Counted from the stretch's first letter, positions 19,327-29,406 are shown. The stretch: 64,000 nt of DNA from an uncultured Acidobacteriaceae bacterium (GCA_963702775.1 CAVPDX010000001.1:115688-179687); one strand, 5' to 3'. Translations and numbers: made by a program. Notes: generated by a model from the letters alone, not told the origin.

Positions 19327-19760
19327 TAATTGGTTCTCTTCGAGCGATTGATGCGTTCGTCGATGGGCTTGCGGCCGGCGAATCCCTCTTCTGTACTGTG
19401 CCAGTGAGTGATGGAGCGTTCGCCCATCTTCCAGCAGAGCAGCACGATGCCGCCTTCGACTTCGCAGGGAAAATCCAGCAGGCCAATGTCGAGATCCTTC
19501 ACTTGTACGCCGATGGAGTCGATTTCCGCGATGGCGTCTTTGGCGCGCTGCTCGGCCTTGGCGCGCTCCGCCTTGCGGCGGGCGACGGCAACCACATCGA
19601 CGTGAGTGCCGCCGTTCAGAAAAATGCGGTGATTCAGCGCCTGCATTTCGGCTTCGACTTCTTCCATGGTCTTCTTGCTGGTGATTGCGGTCCGCAGAAG
19701 AGATTCGAGCACGGGAAGCAGCGACTGAGCTTCGTCGAGAGTGAAGGTTCGGTCTGACAT
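19326..19760 (-). CDS. DUF2203-family protein
   Basis: MSDRTFTLDEAQSLLPVLESLL... coiled segment ...VEGGIVLLCWKMGERSITHWH. The ATG at 19760 is preferred over the track start. Confidence 0.75.
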   Translation of the reverse strand: MSDRTFTLDEAQSLLPVLESLLRTAITSKKTMEEVEAEMQALNHRIFLNGGTHVDVVAVARRKAERAKAEQRAKDAIAEIDSIGVQVKDLDIGLLDFPCEVEGGIVLLCWKMGERSITHWHSTEEGFAGRKPIDERINRSKRTN

Positions 19761-19906
19761 GGCGGCTGGATCTATTCTAGCGCAAACAGAAAGGCGTCGT
19801 CGGTCATCGCTGTTCGGCCGAGGGTTCAATGCCAATTGCCCACCACTGATTTATACTAACTGGTTTCTTGTCACCTCAAAGAGATCACAGGGTAAGGAGC
19901 GCTGTT

Positions 19907-20677
19907 TTGAAAATCCTGGTTTGTATGAAGCAGGTGCCGCAGAAGGATGCACCGCTCAAGCTGAATGAGACCGCGGCCTGGATCCGCGACGACGTATCGT
20001 ATGAAGTGAACGAGCCCGACGCTTTCGCGCTGGAAGAAGCGCTGCGCCAGAGAGAAAAGCATACCGGAGAAGTCGTGGTCATCACTTCCGGTCCGGCGCG
20101 CGCCCAGCAGGTGTTGCGCGAAGCCCTGGCCAAAGGCGCCGACCGTGCCATCCACCTCGAAGACAACGCTTTCGTCGGACTGGATGCTTTCAACACCGCA
20201 AAGGCTTTCGCGGCCGCGATCAAGGACGAAAAATTCGACCTGATCTTCACCGGCCTGCAATCCGACGATTACGGCTACGCACAAACCGGCGTGATCCTGG
20301 CCGAACTGCTGGGTTGGCCGCACGCCACCATCATCATGCAGATCGAAAAAAACGAGACCGGTATTCGAGTGAAGCGCGAACTCGAAGCGGGATTCTTTCA
20401 GTTCGTCGACATGCCGCTGCCTGCCGTGCTTACGATTCAGTCGGGGATCAACAAACTGCGCTATGCCACGCTGATCGGCATCAAGCAGGCGAAGAACAAA
20501 CCCGTCCGCAAGGTAGCGCTGGCGGAAGTGCAGTCTGCGATCGGCGCGAACCTGCAGGAAATTGAACGACTTTACGTGCCGCAAAAAACGAAAAAGACCG
20601 AACACATCGAAGGATCCCCAGCCGAGATCGCGAAAAAGCTGGTCGACAAACTGCGCAACGAACTGCGCGTGCTGTAG
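19907..20677 (+). CDS. etfB: electron transfer flavoprotein beta subunit
   Basis: (M)KILVCMKQVPQKD... with a TTG start at 19907, 8 nt after AAGGAG. Typical EtfB length. Confidence 0.9.
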   Translation: MKILVCMKQVPQKDAPLKLNETAAWIRDDVSYEVNEPDAFALEEALRQREKHTGEVVVITSGPARAQQVLREALAKGADRAIHLEDNAFVGLDAFNTAKAFAAAIKDEKFDLIFTGLQSDDYGYAQTGVILAELLGWPHATIIMQIEKNETGIRVKRELEAGFFQFVDMPLPAVLTIQSGINKLRYATLIGIKQAKNKPVRKVALAEVQSAIGANLQEIERLYVPQKTKKTEHIEGSPAEIAKKLVDKLRNELRVL

Positions 20678-20713
20678 CGTAGACGTTTCCCGCTGCGTGT
20701 TTTGGTTTGAGCG

Positions 20714-20734
20714 AGAAGCTAGGAGCTAGAAGCT
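20714..20734. repeat. heptad-periodic spacer (AGAAGCT AGGAGCT AGAAGCT) between etfB and etfA
   Basis: Read directly. Confidence 0.8.
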
Positions 20735-20740
20735 GCCCTT

Positions 20741-21736
20741 ATGTCTGATTCAATCGTAGTCGTCGTCGAACAGCGCGAAGGCAAACTCAACCGCGTCTCC
20801 TGGGAGACCATCACCGCAGGCCAGGCCATCGCCGCAGCCACCGGCTGGACTCTCGAAGCTGCCGTCGTGGGAGGCCCAGCGTCTGCCATCGCCGCGGAAA
20901 TCGCGGGCAAGAAACTCGCGAAGGTCTATGCGGTCGAGTCGCCAAAGCTCAAGCCTTACACGCCTGATGCTTTCGCAGCCGCGCTCAAACAACTGCTCAT
21001 GACGAAGCAGCCCAAGCTCGTGCTCATGCCGCACACTTATCAGGTGCGCGACTTCGTTCCCAAGCTGGCCACTGCGATGGGACGCGCCGTCATCAGCGAC
21101 TGCATCGGGTTCAAACACGAAAACGGGAAGCTGGTCTTCACCCGGCAGATGTTTCAGGGCAAGCTCGCCGCCGACGTCAGCTTCACCAGCGATGCTCCTT
21201 GGTTTTCAACTTTTCAGAACGGCGCTTTTCGCGGTGACCAGGCCGAAGCCGGAGCTTCTCCAGCCCCCGTCGAGACCGTAACCGTCAACATCGGCGATGG
21301 AGTCGTGCGCACGAAGCCTCAAGAAGTTTTCAAGGAAGTAAAGCAGGCCGTCGATCTCACTCAGGCCGAGATCATTGTTTCCGTGGGCCGCGGCATCAAG
21401 GAACAGAAAAACATCGAAATGGCCAAGCAACTCGCCGACGCGCTGGGCGGCGAAATCGCGGCTTCCCGCCCTATTTGCGATTCCGGCTGGTTGCCCATGG
21501 ACCGTCAGGTGGGCTCCTCTGGACAAACCGTCGCGCCGAAGCTCTACCTGGCTCTCGGCATCAGCGGCGCTATTCAGCACATCGTGGGAATGAAAGGGTC
21601 GCGAGCGATCATCGCAGTGAACAAAGACTCCGAGGCTCCGATCTTCGAAATCGCCGATTACGCGATAGTGGGCAATCTGTTCGATATAGTTCCGCCGCTG
21701 ATTGAAGAAGTGAAGAAGGCGAAGGCGGGAAGCTAA
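20741..21736 (+). CDS. etfA: electron transfer flavoprotein alpha subunit
   Basis: C-terminal FAD-binding region ...VGSSGQTVAPKLYLALGISGAIQHIVGMKGS..IIAVNKD..APIF. Confidence 0.9.
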   Translation: MSDSIVVVVEQREGKLNRVSWETITAGQAIAAATGWTLEAAVVGGPASAIAAEIAGKKLAKVYAVESPKLKPYTPDAFAAALKQLLMTKQPKLVLMPHTYQVRDFVPKLATAMGRAVISDCIGFKHENGKLVFTRQMFQGKLAADVSFTSDAPWFSTFQNGAFRGDQAEAGASPAPVETVTVNIGDGVVRTKPQEVFKEVKQAVDLTQAEIIVSVGRGIKEQKNIEMAKQLADALGGEIAASRPICDSGWLPMDRQVGSSGQTVAPKLYLALGISGAIQHIVGMKGSRAIIAVNKDSEAPIFEIADYAIVGNLFDIVPPLIEEVKKAKAGS

Positions 21737-21737
21737 C

Positions 21738-21844
21738 ATCTTTGCCACGGATTCACACGGATCAACACGGATAACTCTTGCAACGCCAAGAGAAAAAGAT
21801 GAAGAAGTGATCCGTGTAGATCCGCGCAAATCCGTGGCAAAGAT
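21738..21844. terminator. REP-type long palindrome (CACGGAT family) between convergent etfA and the Fe-S gene
   Basis: Arm ATCTTTGCCACGGATTCACACGGATCAACACGGAT (21738-21772) faces ATCCGTGTAGATCCGCGCAAATCCGTGGCAAAGAT (21810-21844). Confidence 0.7.
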
Positions 21845-21846
21845 TT

Positions 21847-23697
21847 TTATTCCTCTGCCGTCTTCCTCCCAATCGCGGCCGCCGCGATCTGCGCCACATC
21901 GAGCAACTCCGGAGGCGTGGGAGTAGCCGCCGCCAGCCCATCGCGCAGCATCGAGTTGCAGAACGGACACGCTGCCGCCACCACGCTCGCACCTGTTGCC
22001 ACCAGTTCCTGCGCCCGCTCCAGATTGACGCGCTTGCCGGTCTCTTCTCCCAGGAACATCAGCCCGCCGCCACCACCGCAGCAGAAGCCGCGTTCGCGAT
22101 TCCTCGGCGGTTCTACTACCTCGCCATAACGCGCAATCACCTGGCGCGGCTGGTCATACACTCCGCGGTATCGGCCCAAGTAGCAGGCGTCGTGAAACAC
22201 CATGCTCTTGTGCTCTTCGCGGTTCAGCGGCAGTTTGTCCTGATAGCGGGCAAGCAGTTCACTATGGTGCTCGATGGCAATGTTGCCCCCATGTTCCTTC
22301 CAGTCCTCGCCAATCGTGCGCACGCAATGGGGGCAGATCGAAACCATTTTCTTTACTCCGGCCTCGCGAATGTGTTCCAGATTTCCTTGCGCGAGTTCGC
22401 CGAACAGATAATCGTTGCCCAAGCGCCGCACCGGATCGCCGCTACATTTCTCGTGCCGCAGCACGCCGAAGCTGATCCCCAGGTGATTCAGCACCTCCAC
22501 CAGCGCCAGCAGAATCTTCCGCCCGTTCGGATCGAACGATCCCAGGCAGCCCATCCACAGGCAATACTCCTGCGAGCCGTCGTAATACGGCAGCCCATTC
22601 TTCTCGATGAACTTCTCGCGATCTGACGGCGGAAATCCCAGCGTGTTCCCCTGCCGCTCCAGCGTGACGAACATTTCGCTGCCGTGGCTGTTGTCCCACT
22701 TGCCGGTATTCACCGCGCCCCGCCGCAGCCCCACGATGACCGGCAAATGCTGAATGCCCACCGGACACTGAAATTCGCAGGCCCCGCACGTGGTGCACTC
22801 GAAAACTGCTTCCATCGACAAATGTTTCCCCAGCAACGGCTCTTCGCTCTTCGGCCCGACTTCGTTCAGATAATGCCGCGCGCCGAGAATGATTTCCTTG
22901 GGATTCAAAATCTTGCCGGTGTTGTTGGCGGGACAATGTTCGGTGCAGCGTCCGCACTCCACGCATGAGTAGGATTGCAGCGCCGTGATCTGTGTGAGAT
23001 CCTTGCCGGTAACCAGGCCGAAATCCTCATCGCCCACCAGCGGTGGAATCTGGCTGAACTCAGGCCGCTCCAGAAAAATCGTCAGCGGACTCAGCACCAG
23101 GTGCATATGCTTGGTGCTCGGAATCAGCGTCAGGAAAAACAAAATCACTAGCGTGTGCGTCCACCAGAGCGCCCAACCCGCTGAGGTACCTTCCGGCACC
23201 CAGAAGTTGGCCAGGTAGGTGATCATCAGCGCGAAAATCAGAAATGCAATCAGCCCCGACTCTGGCGAAAGCGGCTCCAGCCATTTCGGACGGATCACGA
23301 ACCGCCGAAACGCCAGCCCCGCAATCGAAATCGCCACCGCAACCGCGAATAATGCGGCAATGAAAAAGTAAAGATGTCCCCAGGAGCCAGTGCGCGAAAG
23401 AAATGGATGACCAAATCCCGCCGCGAAATGGTTGAGCGTCACTAGCGCAAACACGCAGAAGCCCCAGAACACAAAAGCGTGCGCCAGGCCGGGCAGTGGC
23501 CTCTGGGCGATGACCAGTCCCTGCGCGCCCACTTCCCACAACACTTTGCGGATGCGCGGTCCAATCGGGCGCAGTTTGAAGTCGGCGTCCGGCTTGGCTG
23601 CCAGAATGATGCGTAGAGCGGCGCCAAACTTTCGCCAGAACAGAAACCCGGAAACTAAGATGGCACTGAGCAGGACGACTTGTCCCGGCCAATTCAT
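21847..23697 (-). CDS. membrane-anchored (Fe-S)-binding oxidoreductase, HdrD/GlpC-like (possible Etf:quinone oxidoreductase)
   Basis: N-terminal about 5 TM helices. Two ferredoxin motifs are present ([24 protein letters not shown]), plus CCG-type cysteine regions (CPHC..., [17 protein letters not shown]). Confidence 0.85.
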   Translation of the reverse strand: MNWPGQVVLLSAILVSGFLFWRKFGAALRIILAAKPDADFKLRPIGPRIRKVLWEVGAQGLVIAQRPLPGLAHAFVFWGFCVFALVTLNHFAAGFGHPFLSRTGSWGHLYFFIAALFAVAVAISIAGLAFRRFVIRPKWLEPLSPESGLIAFLIFALMITYLANFWVPEGTSAGWALWWTHTLVILFFLTLIPSTKHMHLVLSPLTIFLERPEFSQIPPLVGDEDFGLVTGKDLTQITALQSYSCVECGRCTEHCPANNTGKILNPKEIILGARHYLNEVGPKSEEPLLGKHLSMEAVFECTTCGACEFQCPVGIQHLPVIVGLRRGAVNTGKWDNSHGSEMFVTLERQGNTLGFPPSDREKFIEKNGLPYYDGSQEYCLWMGCLGSFDPNGRKILLALVEVLNHLGISFGVLRHEKCSGDPVRRLGNDYLFGELAQGNLEHIREAGVKKMVSICPHCVRTIGEDWKEHGGNIAIEHHSELLARYQDKLPLNREEHKSMVFHDACYLGRYRGVYDQPRQVIARYGEVVEPPRNRERGFCCGGGGGLMFLGEETGKRVNLERAQELVATGASVVAAACPFCNSMLRDGLAAATPTPPELLDVAQIAAAAIGRKTAEE

Positions 23698-23980
23698 ATG
23701 AAAGATGTCTCCCGAGAACTTGACAGTCTAACGTAGCCGGAGCCTTGTGTGGAGACGGTCGCCTCGCGAGCTTGCTGTGAGCGCAGCCTGGGAACTCCGA
23801 AACCTTGAAACCTTTTCTCTTCACACAGGCTCTATAATCAATTGAGTTTCCGACCGCCCGGCCTTCGGGCATACCCAGGCTGTGGCGGCGAGGTCGTAGC
23901 GCCGGCATCTTGCCGGCTGTGCTGAGGGCGTCTCGCCCTCAGGGCGGGAGCGAGGACGCTTCCGCGACAACCGCTGAGAC

Positions 23981-24063
23981 GGCGGCGCTACTCCCGAGGG
24001 TGCTGGTGGAAACGCTGGCGCCTCCCGCGCTCCGTGAGGAGCGCATTGGAAAGGAAGCGCCGG
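23981..24063 (+). promoter_or_regulatory. candidate Moco (molybdenum cofactor) riboswitch aptamer
   Basis: P1 pairs CGGCGCT with AGCGCCG. The layout is CUCCCGAG, a 10-bp stem with GAAA loop, CCUCCC, a GCGCUCC-GUGA-GGAGCGC hairpin, then AUUGGAAAGGA. It lies 44 nt upstream of moaA. The consensus is recalled from memory and was not scored. Confidence 0.6.
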
Positions 24064-24106
24064 AATGTTCCCGCCTGCGTCTTTCCCTTCCGAATAACGA
24101 ACGACC

Positions 24107-25108
24107 GTGCCCCTCACCGACAAATTCCGGCGCCCCATTACCGACCTGCGGATTTCCGTCACCGACCGCTGCAACTACAAGTGCGTCTATTGCCGCACGG
24201 GAAACGAAGGCGCGCTCTACGGGGATCTGCCATTCGCCGACTATCTGCGTATGGCGCGGGTGCTGGTCGCGATGGGGATTACCAAGCTTCGTCTTACTGG
24301 CGGCGAGCCGTTGTTACGCAAAGGAGTTGTCGAGTTCATCCGCGATCTTGCCCAACTCCGCACCTCGAACGGCGGGCACGGTGGCGAACCGCTCGACATC
24401 GCACTGACCACCAACGGCCATCTGCTCGCCGATCTGGCGCAGGCCCTGAAAGACGCCGGCCTCACTCGCGTTACCGTTTCCATGGACGCCGTCGATCCCG
24501 ACCGCTTTGCCCGGATTACACGCGTGCCCAACGGATACGACCATGTGCTCGCCGGGATTCGCGGCGCCCGCCGCGCCGGACTGTGGCCGCTCAAAGTGAA
24601 TTGCGTGCTGATGCGCGGCTTCAACGAAGACCAGATCATTCCCTTCGGCATGTTCGCGCGCGAAGAAGGCGTCACCGTGCGCTTCATCGAATTCATGCCG
24701 CTCGAAGAAGGCCGCACCTGGTCTCCGGCCACAGTAGTCACACTCGACGAAATTCTGTCCCGCATGGCCGACTACCGCCCGCTGATAGAAATTCCGCACG
24801 CGCGTTCGGAAACCGCCCGCCGCTACCGCTTCGACGATGGCGTTGGCGAAATCGGCATCATCGCCCCGGTCTCGCATCCCTTCTGCGGACACTGCAGCCG
24901 CATCCGCATCACCAGCGACGGCAAAATCCGCACCTGCCTGTTCTCGGCGTGGGACCACGATCTGCATGCTCAAATGCGCCGCGGCGCCAGCGATGAAGAG
25001 TTGGCCGATTTCATCCGCGGCGTCGTGCAGAAAAAAGAAGAGCGCCACCACATCGGCGAGCCAGATTTCGTGCCGGCGTCACGCACCATGGTTCACATCG
25101 GAGGATAA
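24107..25108 (+). CDS. moaA: GTP 3',8-cyclase MoaA (radical SAM)
   Basis: ITDLRISVTDRCNYKCVYCR (CX3CX2C) and a C-terminal CGHCSRIRITSDGKIRTCLF. GTG start. Confidence 0.92.
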   Translation: MPLTDKFRRPITDLRISVTDRCNYKCVYCRTGNEGALYGDLPFADYLRMARVLVAMGITKLRLTGGEPLLRKGVVEFIRDLAQLRTSNGGHGGEPLDIALTTNGHLLADLAQALKDAGLTRVTVSMDAVDPDRFARITRVPNGYDHVLAGIRGARRAGLWPLKVNCVLMRGFNEDQIIPFGMFAREEGVTVRFIEFMPLEEGRTWSPATVVTLDEILSRMADYRPLIEIPHARSETARRYRFDDGVGEIGIIAPVSHPFCGHCSRIRITSDGKIRTCLFSAWDHDLHAQMRRGASDEELADFIRGVVQKKEERHHIGEPDFVPASRTMVHIGG

Positions 25109-25354
25109 GGCCCTTCGCTACGCCAGGATTCGGACGCGGCTTGCGTCTCTTCCAGTTCGGCTTTGAAGTTTCCCAGCGGTGCCAGGACGCGCGCGCTGAT
25201 CCAGCCGGTCCGAGCTGTCGAAGAACCGAAGCACAAATTAATCATAACCCCCACGTGAATTATGTAAAGGGCCCCTTGCCGAATTTGTTGCAGGTGGTTC
25301 CCCGCCTCACCCCTTGGAATATTTCCGATTCGGTTCCCATCCACGCTTTGAAAG

Positions 25355-25630
25355 CTACTCGGTGAATACCACCGACTGCACGCCGGAGATCTCAAAGCGT
25401 TTGCGGCAGCGCATGTTCTTGCAGGCCATAAGGTCGTCTTTGCGCAGCATGTAGGACCGGGCTTTGGCGAAGCGGGCGCGGTCGCGCTCGTCGGCGCGTC
25501 CGGCTAGCTGGCGCTTCTTGGTGCGCACCACCCAGGTGACTTCGTACTCGGCGGGCTGGTGGCAGTGGGGACAGTTCAGCGTCGCCGGTTTCTTCTCGGT
25601 ACGCTCGTCGAAAAAATCGCGCTCTTCCAT
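25355..25630 (-). CDS. small zinc-ribbon-like protein
   Basis: CPHC ... CKNMRC cysteine pairs. 91 aa. Confidence 0.55.
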   Translation of the reverse strand: MEERDFFDERTEKKPATLNCPHCHQPAEYEVTWVVRTKKRQLAGRADERDRARFAKARSYMLRKDDLMACKNMRCRKRFEISGVQSVVFTE

Positions 25631-25698
25631 TAAACCTGATTATTGCATGTTCGGCGCGGTACAAGCTATGGCAACATGAAGGTCGGGATAAGCTGGAA

Positions 25699-25866
25699 AT
25701 GGCGCGCAAGAAAAAAGTAAAACAGTTCCGCGCGGTGCAGGCCGTGAAGGAGTTGGCGCGGGAGCGCATGGGCGCGCCCCCGGGCGAAAAAGTGGTCCCT
25801 CACAAAAACAAAAAGCCGGCGAAACACAAGCCTACGCTGGGCAAGTTATTGGACGAGACGGAATAA
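25699..25866 (+). CDS. possible 55-aa Lys-rich protein (not in ORF track)
   Basis: Hand translation gives MARKKKVKQFRAVQAVKELARERMGAPPGEKVVPHKNKKPAKHKPTLGKLLDETE. It is divergent from the zinc-ribbon gene. Confidence 0.35.
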   Translation: MARKKKVKQFRAVQAVKELARERMGAPPGEKVVPHKNKKPAKHKPTLGKLLDETE

Positions 25867-25890
25867 GGTAACCCGCGATGCCTAACGCGA

Positions 25891-26550
25891 CTACTGGCTG
25901 AACGTAGCGGTCACAGTGGTATTGGTTTCCACGAGGACCGTACAGACCGAGTTACCGACACCACTGGTCGAATTGCAGTTTGTCCAACTTGAGAAAACTG
26001 AGCTGCCCGTGGGCACGGCGGTCAGCGTAACCGTGGTGCCGGCAATGAACTGGTTGCTGCAAGACGACGGGGACGAGCAACTGATGCCGTTGCCAGTAAC
26101 GGTTCCGGTACCTAGCCCGGCAAAGCTGACAGTGAGAAGTGGCTCGGGACTAGGGGCAGTGCAGCCTGGGCTGAACCCGTCCACAGTGATCGAGGCATAG
26201 TTGCTCACAATGTCATTCGGGCTGTCATAAAAAGTGGCGTAGATTTGGGCGATGCCGCAGTTGAGATTCGGTGAAGCCACTCCGGTAGTACTCACCTGTA
26301 TCACCTGCGGGTTGTCCGAGGCCCAGGTCACCTGATCCGTAATGTTTTTGGTCTGGGGAGGATGTGAGTAAGTTCCATACGCCTGATAGAGGAAAAACAG
26401 GCTTGGGTCGGCAGCACCGAAGGTTCCGCCCGCAGCGGGCTGGATCTGAATCGATATCAAGTGCTGATTGAAGCCGCAACTCGACGCGTTAAGAAGAAAT
26501 GTCGCGGCGGCAACCAGAGCACAAAGGCTGAACCACTTCCGGCTCATCAA
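25891..26550 (-). CDS. secreted protein with Big_2-like and divergent InlB B-repeat-like domains
   Basis: Signal peptide, ITDQVTWASDNPQVIQVSTTGVASP, and a C-terminal LTVSFAGLGTGTVTG...TVTLTAVPTGSSVFSSW...CTV. Confidence 0.7.
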   Translation of the reverse strand: MMSRKWFSLCALVAAATFLLNASSCGFNQHLISIQIQPAAGGTFGAADPSLFFLYQAYGTYSHPPQTKNITDQVTWASDNPQVIQVSTTGVASPNLNCGIAQIYATFYDSPNDIVSNYASITVDGFSPGCTAPSPEPLLTVSFAGLGTGTVTGNGISCSSPSSCSNQFIAGTTVTLTAVPTGSSVFSSWTNCNSTSGVGNSVCTVLVETNTTVTATFSQ

Positions 26551-26660
26551 CGACTCCTGGGATCACGCAACCCGGCTGAATCCACACAGCAAGGGAAAAA
26601 TAAATTTAGTCAAAGGTGGGGCAAAAAGCAACTATGAACAGCGAGGTGGAATGCCGTTCA

Positions 26661-27710
26661 TCACCCCTTCACCGCCTCAGCGACGACTTCTGCAAACTTG
26701 CGGATGTCGTCTTCCGTAGTGTCGAAAGAGCACATCCAGCGCACGATCGATTCCTCCTCAATCCAGACGTAGAAAAAGTATTGCTGCTTGATCTTTTCGA
26801 TGGAGTGGCGCGGGATCTGCACGAACACGCCATTGGCCTCGACCTTCCAAATGACTCTGACTTCCGGGATGCGTCTGAGTTCCCGCTCCAGCACCCCAGC
26901 CATGCGGTTGGCGTGCTCGGCGCTGCGCCGCCACAGGTCGTCGCTCAACAGAGCCTCAAATTGCGCCGCGATGAAGCGCATTTTTGAGGCCAGTTGCATG
27001 CTCTGCTTGCGCAGGTAGAGGAAGTCTTGGCTCTGTTCGGGATGAAAAAACACGACCGCCTCGCCACCCAGAATTCCATTCTTCGTGCCGCCAAATGAGA
27101 GCACGTCCACGCCTAAATCCAGCGTGCCCTGGCGGAGTGTTTGGCCAAGCGAGACTGCGGCGTTGGCGAGGCGCGCGCCATCCATATGCAGGAACATGTC
27201 ATGCTCGTGGGCGAAGCGCGCAAGCGCTTGAATCTCTTCCGGTTGGTAGACAGTGCCCATTTCGCTGGCCTGCGTGATCGAGATGACGCGCGGCTGCGCA
27301 TGATGTTCGTCGCCGATGCCGTGATAGGCCTGGCGGACCGATTCCAGCGTGATCTTGCCGGCCTGCTGCGGCAGCGGAATCAGCTTGCATCCGGTGTGCT
27401 TCTCCGGCGCGCCGCATTCGTCGGTGTAGATGTGGGCATGGTCGCTGCACAGGACCGAATGAAATGACCGAGTCAGGGCTTGCAGGCTCAGAACGTTGGC
27501 GCCCGTCCCGTTGAAGGTGAAAAAGACGGCGATCTCCAGTCCAAAATGCTCCTCGAACTTCTTGATCGCCGAACGGGTGTAAGCATCGTCGCCGTAAGCG
27601 ATCACATGGCCGTGGTTGACCCGGGCAATGGCCTCCAGGACCTCGGGATGCACGCCGGCATTGTTGTCGCTCGCAAAACCGCGGATGGGCTGGGTGAACA
27701 CCGATGGCAT
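26661..27710 (-). CDS. ltaE: low-specificity L-threonine aldolase (beta-eliminating lyase family, PLP)
   Basis: FASDNNAGVHPEVLEAI..., the GGTKNG lysine motif, and a length of about 349 aa. Confidence 0.8.
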   Translation of the reverse strand: MPSVFTQPIRGFASDNNAGVHPEVLEAIARVNHGHVIAYGDDAYTRSAIKKFEEHFGLEIAVFFTFNGTGANVLSLQALTRSFHSVLCSDHAHIYTDECGAPEKHTGCKLIPLPQQAGKITLESVRQAYHGIGDEHHAQPRVISITQASEMGTVYQPEEIQALARFAHEHDMFLHMDGARLANAAVSLGQTLRQGTLDLGVDVLSFGGTKNGILGGEAVVFFHPEQSQDFLYLRKQSMQLASKMRFIAAQFEALLSDDLWRRSAEHANRMAGVLERELRRIPEVRVIWKVEANGVFVQIPRHSIEKIKQQYFFYVWIEEESIVRWMCSFDTTEDDIRKFAEVVAEAVKG

Positions 27711-28284
27711 ACCGCATAATCTAGCAGACTCTCAGAATCAGGGAACCTCATTCCGAACCCCGGCAGTGGGGCAGTTTGATTGTCATCCTTCCATGAGAAG
27801 GCGCTGTGACGTCAACCGAAGTTTTTGGTTTGGGCTTCGATTGTGTGCCTTCGTTTTCTAGCGGAGAGGTTGTCAGCAAACGGGCGAGGGTTCAGTCAAG
27901 GTCGAGCGAAGCGAGCCGAGGGAAACCTTGACGGGTTCCCTGCCCGTCTGCATGCTTTTCCGCAAAACGAAGGCAACGAGACACGGCCCGTGAAGCCGCT
28001 CCCTCGAGTATTTCAAACGAGAAAAATGAACAACCAGTGCTCTGGAGGTCTTTATAAATCAGATCGTTAGTTTGAAAGCGGAGTCCGGCGCTGGGTGAGT
28101 TTGAACTCGATTCGCAAAGCAACTGTTCCAGGATTCGTGAACTGATCGCACCTGATGACCGTCGCACTCAAACTGACGCTCACGTTACACTTCCCGACCT
28201 AAAATCAGGGCCTCGTCGCAAGGCTGAATTGCCGACAGCCCAAAGAAGCTCTATGATATCGACACGTCTCGGAAGGGGTGCTCA

Positions 28285-28875
28285 ATGGACCGGCGAACAT
28301 TTGTCGAACTGATAGCCGCATCTGCGTGTTCACTGCCGCTGTCTGCCGTAGCACAGGGAACTCAAATGGAAAGAACTGAGCCCATCATCGTGGGACCCGG
28401 TCAGACGCGGCATGCCGATGGTCAATCCCTTGTCGTTCCTGACGAACTACAGTGTAAGGTGAGAACATCAGACCTTGGGGGTCGCCTTTGCATCATTCTA
28501 GCCGATCACGGTCCATGGGAAGGGCCACCGCTTCACACTCATCGCGATGGCGACGAATGGTTCTTTGTCACAAAAGGTGAGTTTGTATACGAGGTTGGGG
28601 GTAAGCTCCATCGCGTGGTTGAGGGCGGCAGCCTGGTGGCGCCTCAAAAGATTCCGCATCGATACATCAATGGGCCCACGCCCGGAACGCTGTTCGTCGG
28701 CCTTACACCAGGTGGCCGTTTAGAAGAGTTTTTCGAGGAGGGAGCCCGGAGGAGGAGGAACCCAGCTCCCACTCCTCCTAGCCGCGACGAGCTAGTCGCG
28801 TTGTACGCCAAATACAACGTGGATTACATTGGGGGAAGGCTGACAGAAGCAGACTTCAAGAAGGCCACAACGTGA
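28285..28875 (+). CDS. cupin-domain protein with Tat-like signal
   Basis: MDRRTFVELIAASA... (RR motif) and the cupin motif GPPLHTHRDGDEWFFVTKGEF. Confidence 0.75.
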   Translation: MDRRTFVELIAASACSLPLSAVAQGTQMERTEPIIVGPGQTRHADGQSLVVPDELQCKVRTSDLGGRLCIILADHGPWEGPPLHTHRDGDEWFFVTKGEFVYEVGGKLHRVVEGGSLVAPQKIPHRYINGPTPGTLFVGLTPGGRLEEFFEEGARRRRNPAPTPPSRDELVALYAKYNVDYIGGRLTEADFKKATT

Positions 28876-29406
28876 AACGATGTTATCTTAGCGTTTACAA
28901 AACGTGAAATGGATCTTCTTCCCGAATCGTTTCTCCGGTACCGGTACTCTATTTGCGATGTTCGTCGGTTTTCCGCACGTGACCGATGTCGAAACGGACG
29001 GGCTGCCCCGGCAAGATATGATTCTGTCTGGGCGCCGTCGCATCAGCGGCACCGGAGTGGCCTACCCTCATTAAAGGGCCGACGCACCCAACAACCTCGC
29101 TACCCTGAGTTAACGTTAGATTCCGTGTTGAACTGATTCGCCACGCTTCCATTCGCACTTAATCGGCTGTGGTCGAGGCCGGGTGCACATTGGGGTTCTC
29201 AGTATCAGGTTGGTGCTGCCATCTTTCTGTCGGCCTCGAAGGCCCGGGTTGATCTCCCATGTACAAATGATGCGCCGAGAGGAAGACCCTTCGCTCCGCC
29301 TGAAAAGCGGCTCCGCGCGGGATGACGCCGTCCAAAATATATTCACCGAGCCACCACCACGATCCCGCTTGACCTCTTAGGTTATTTGTTCTATATTGCA
29401 AAACAA

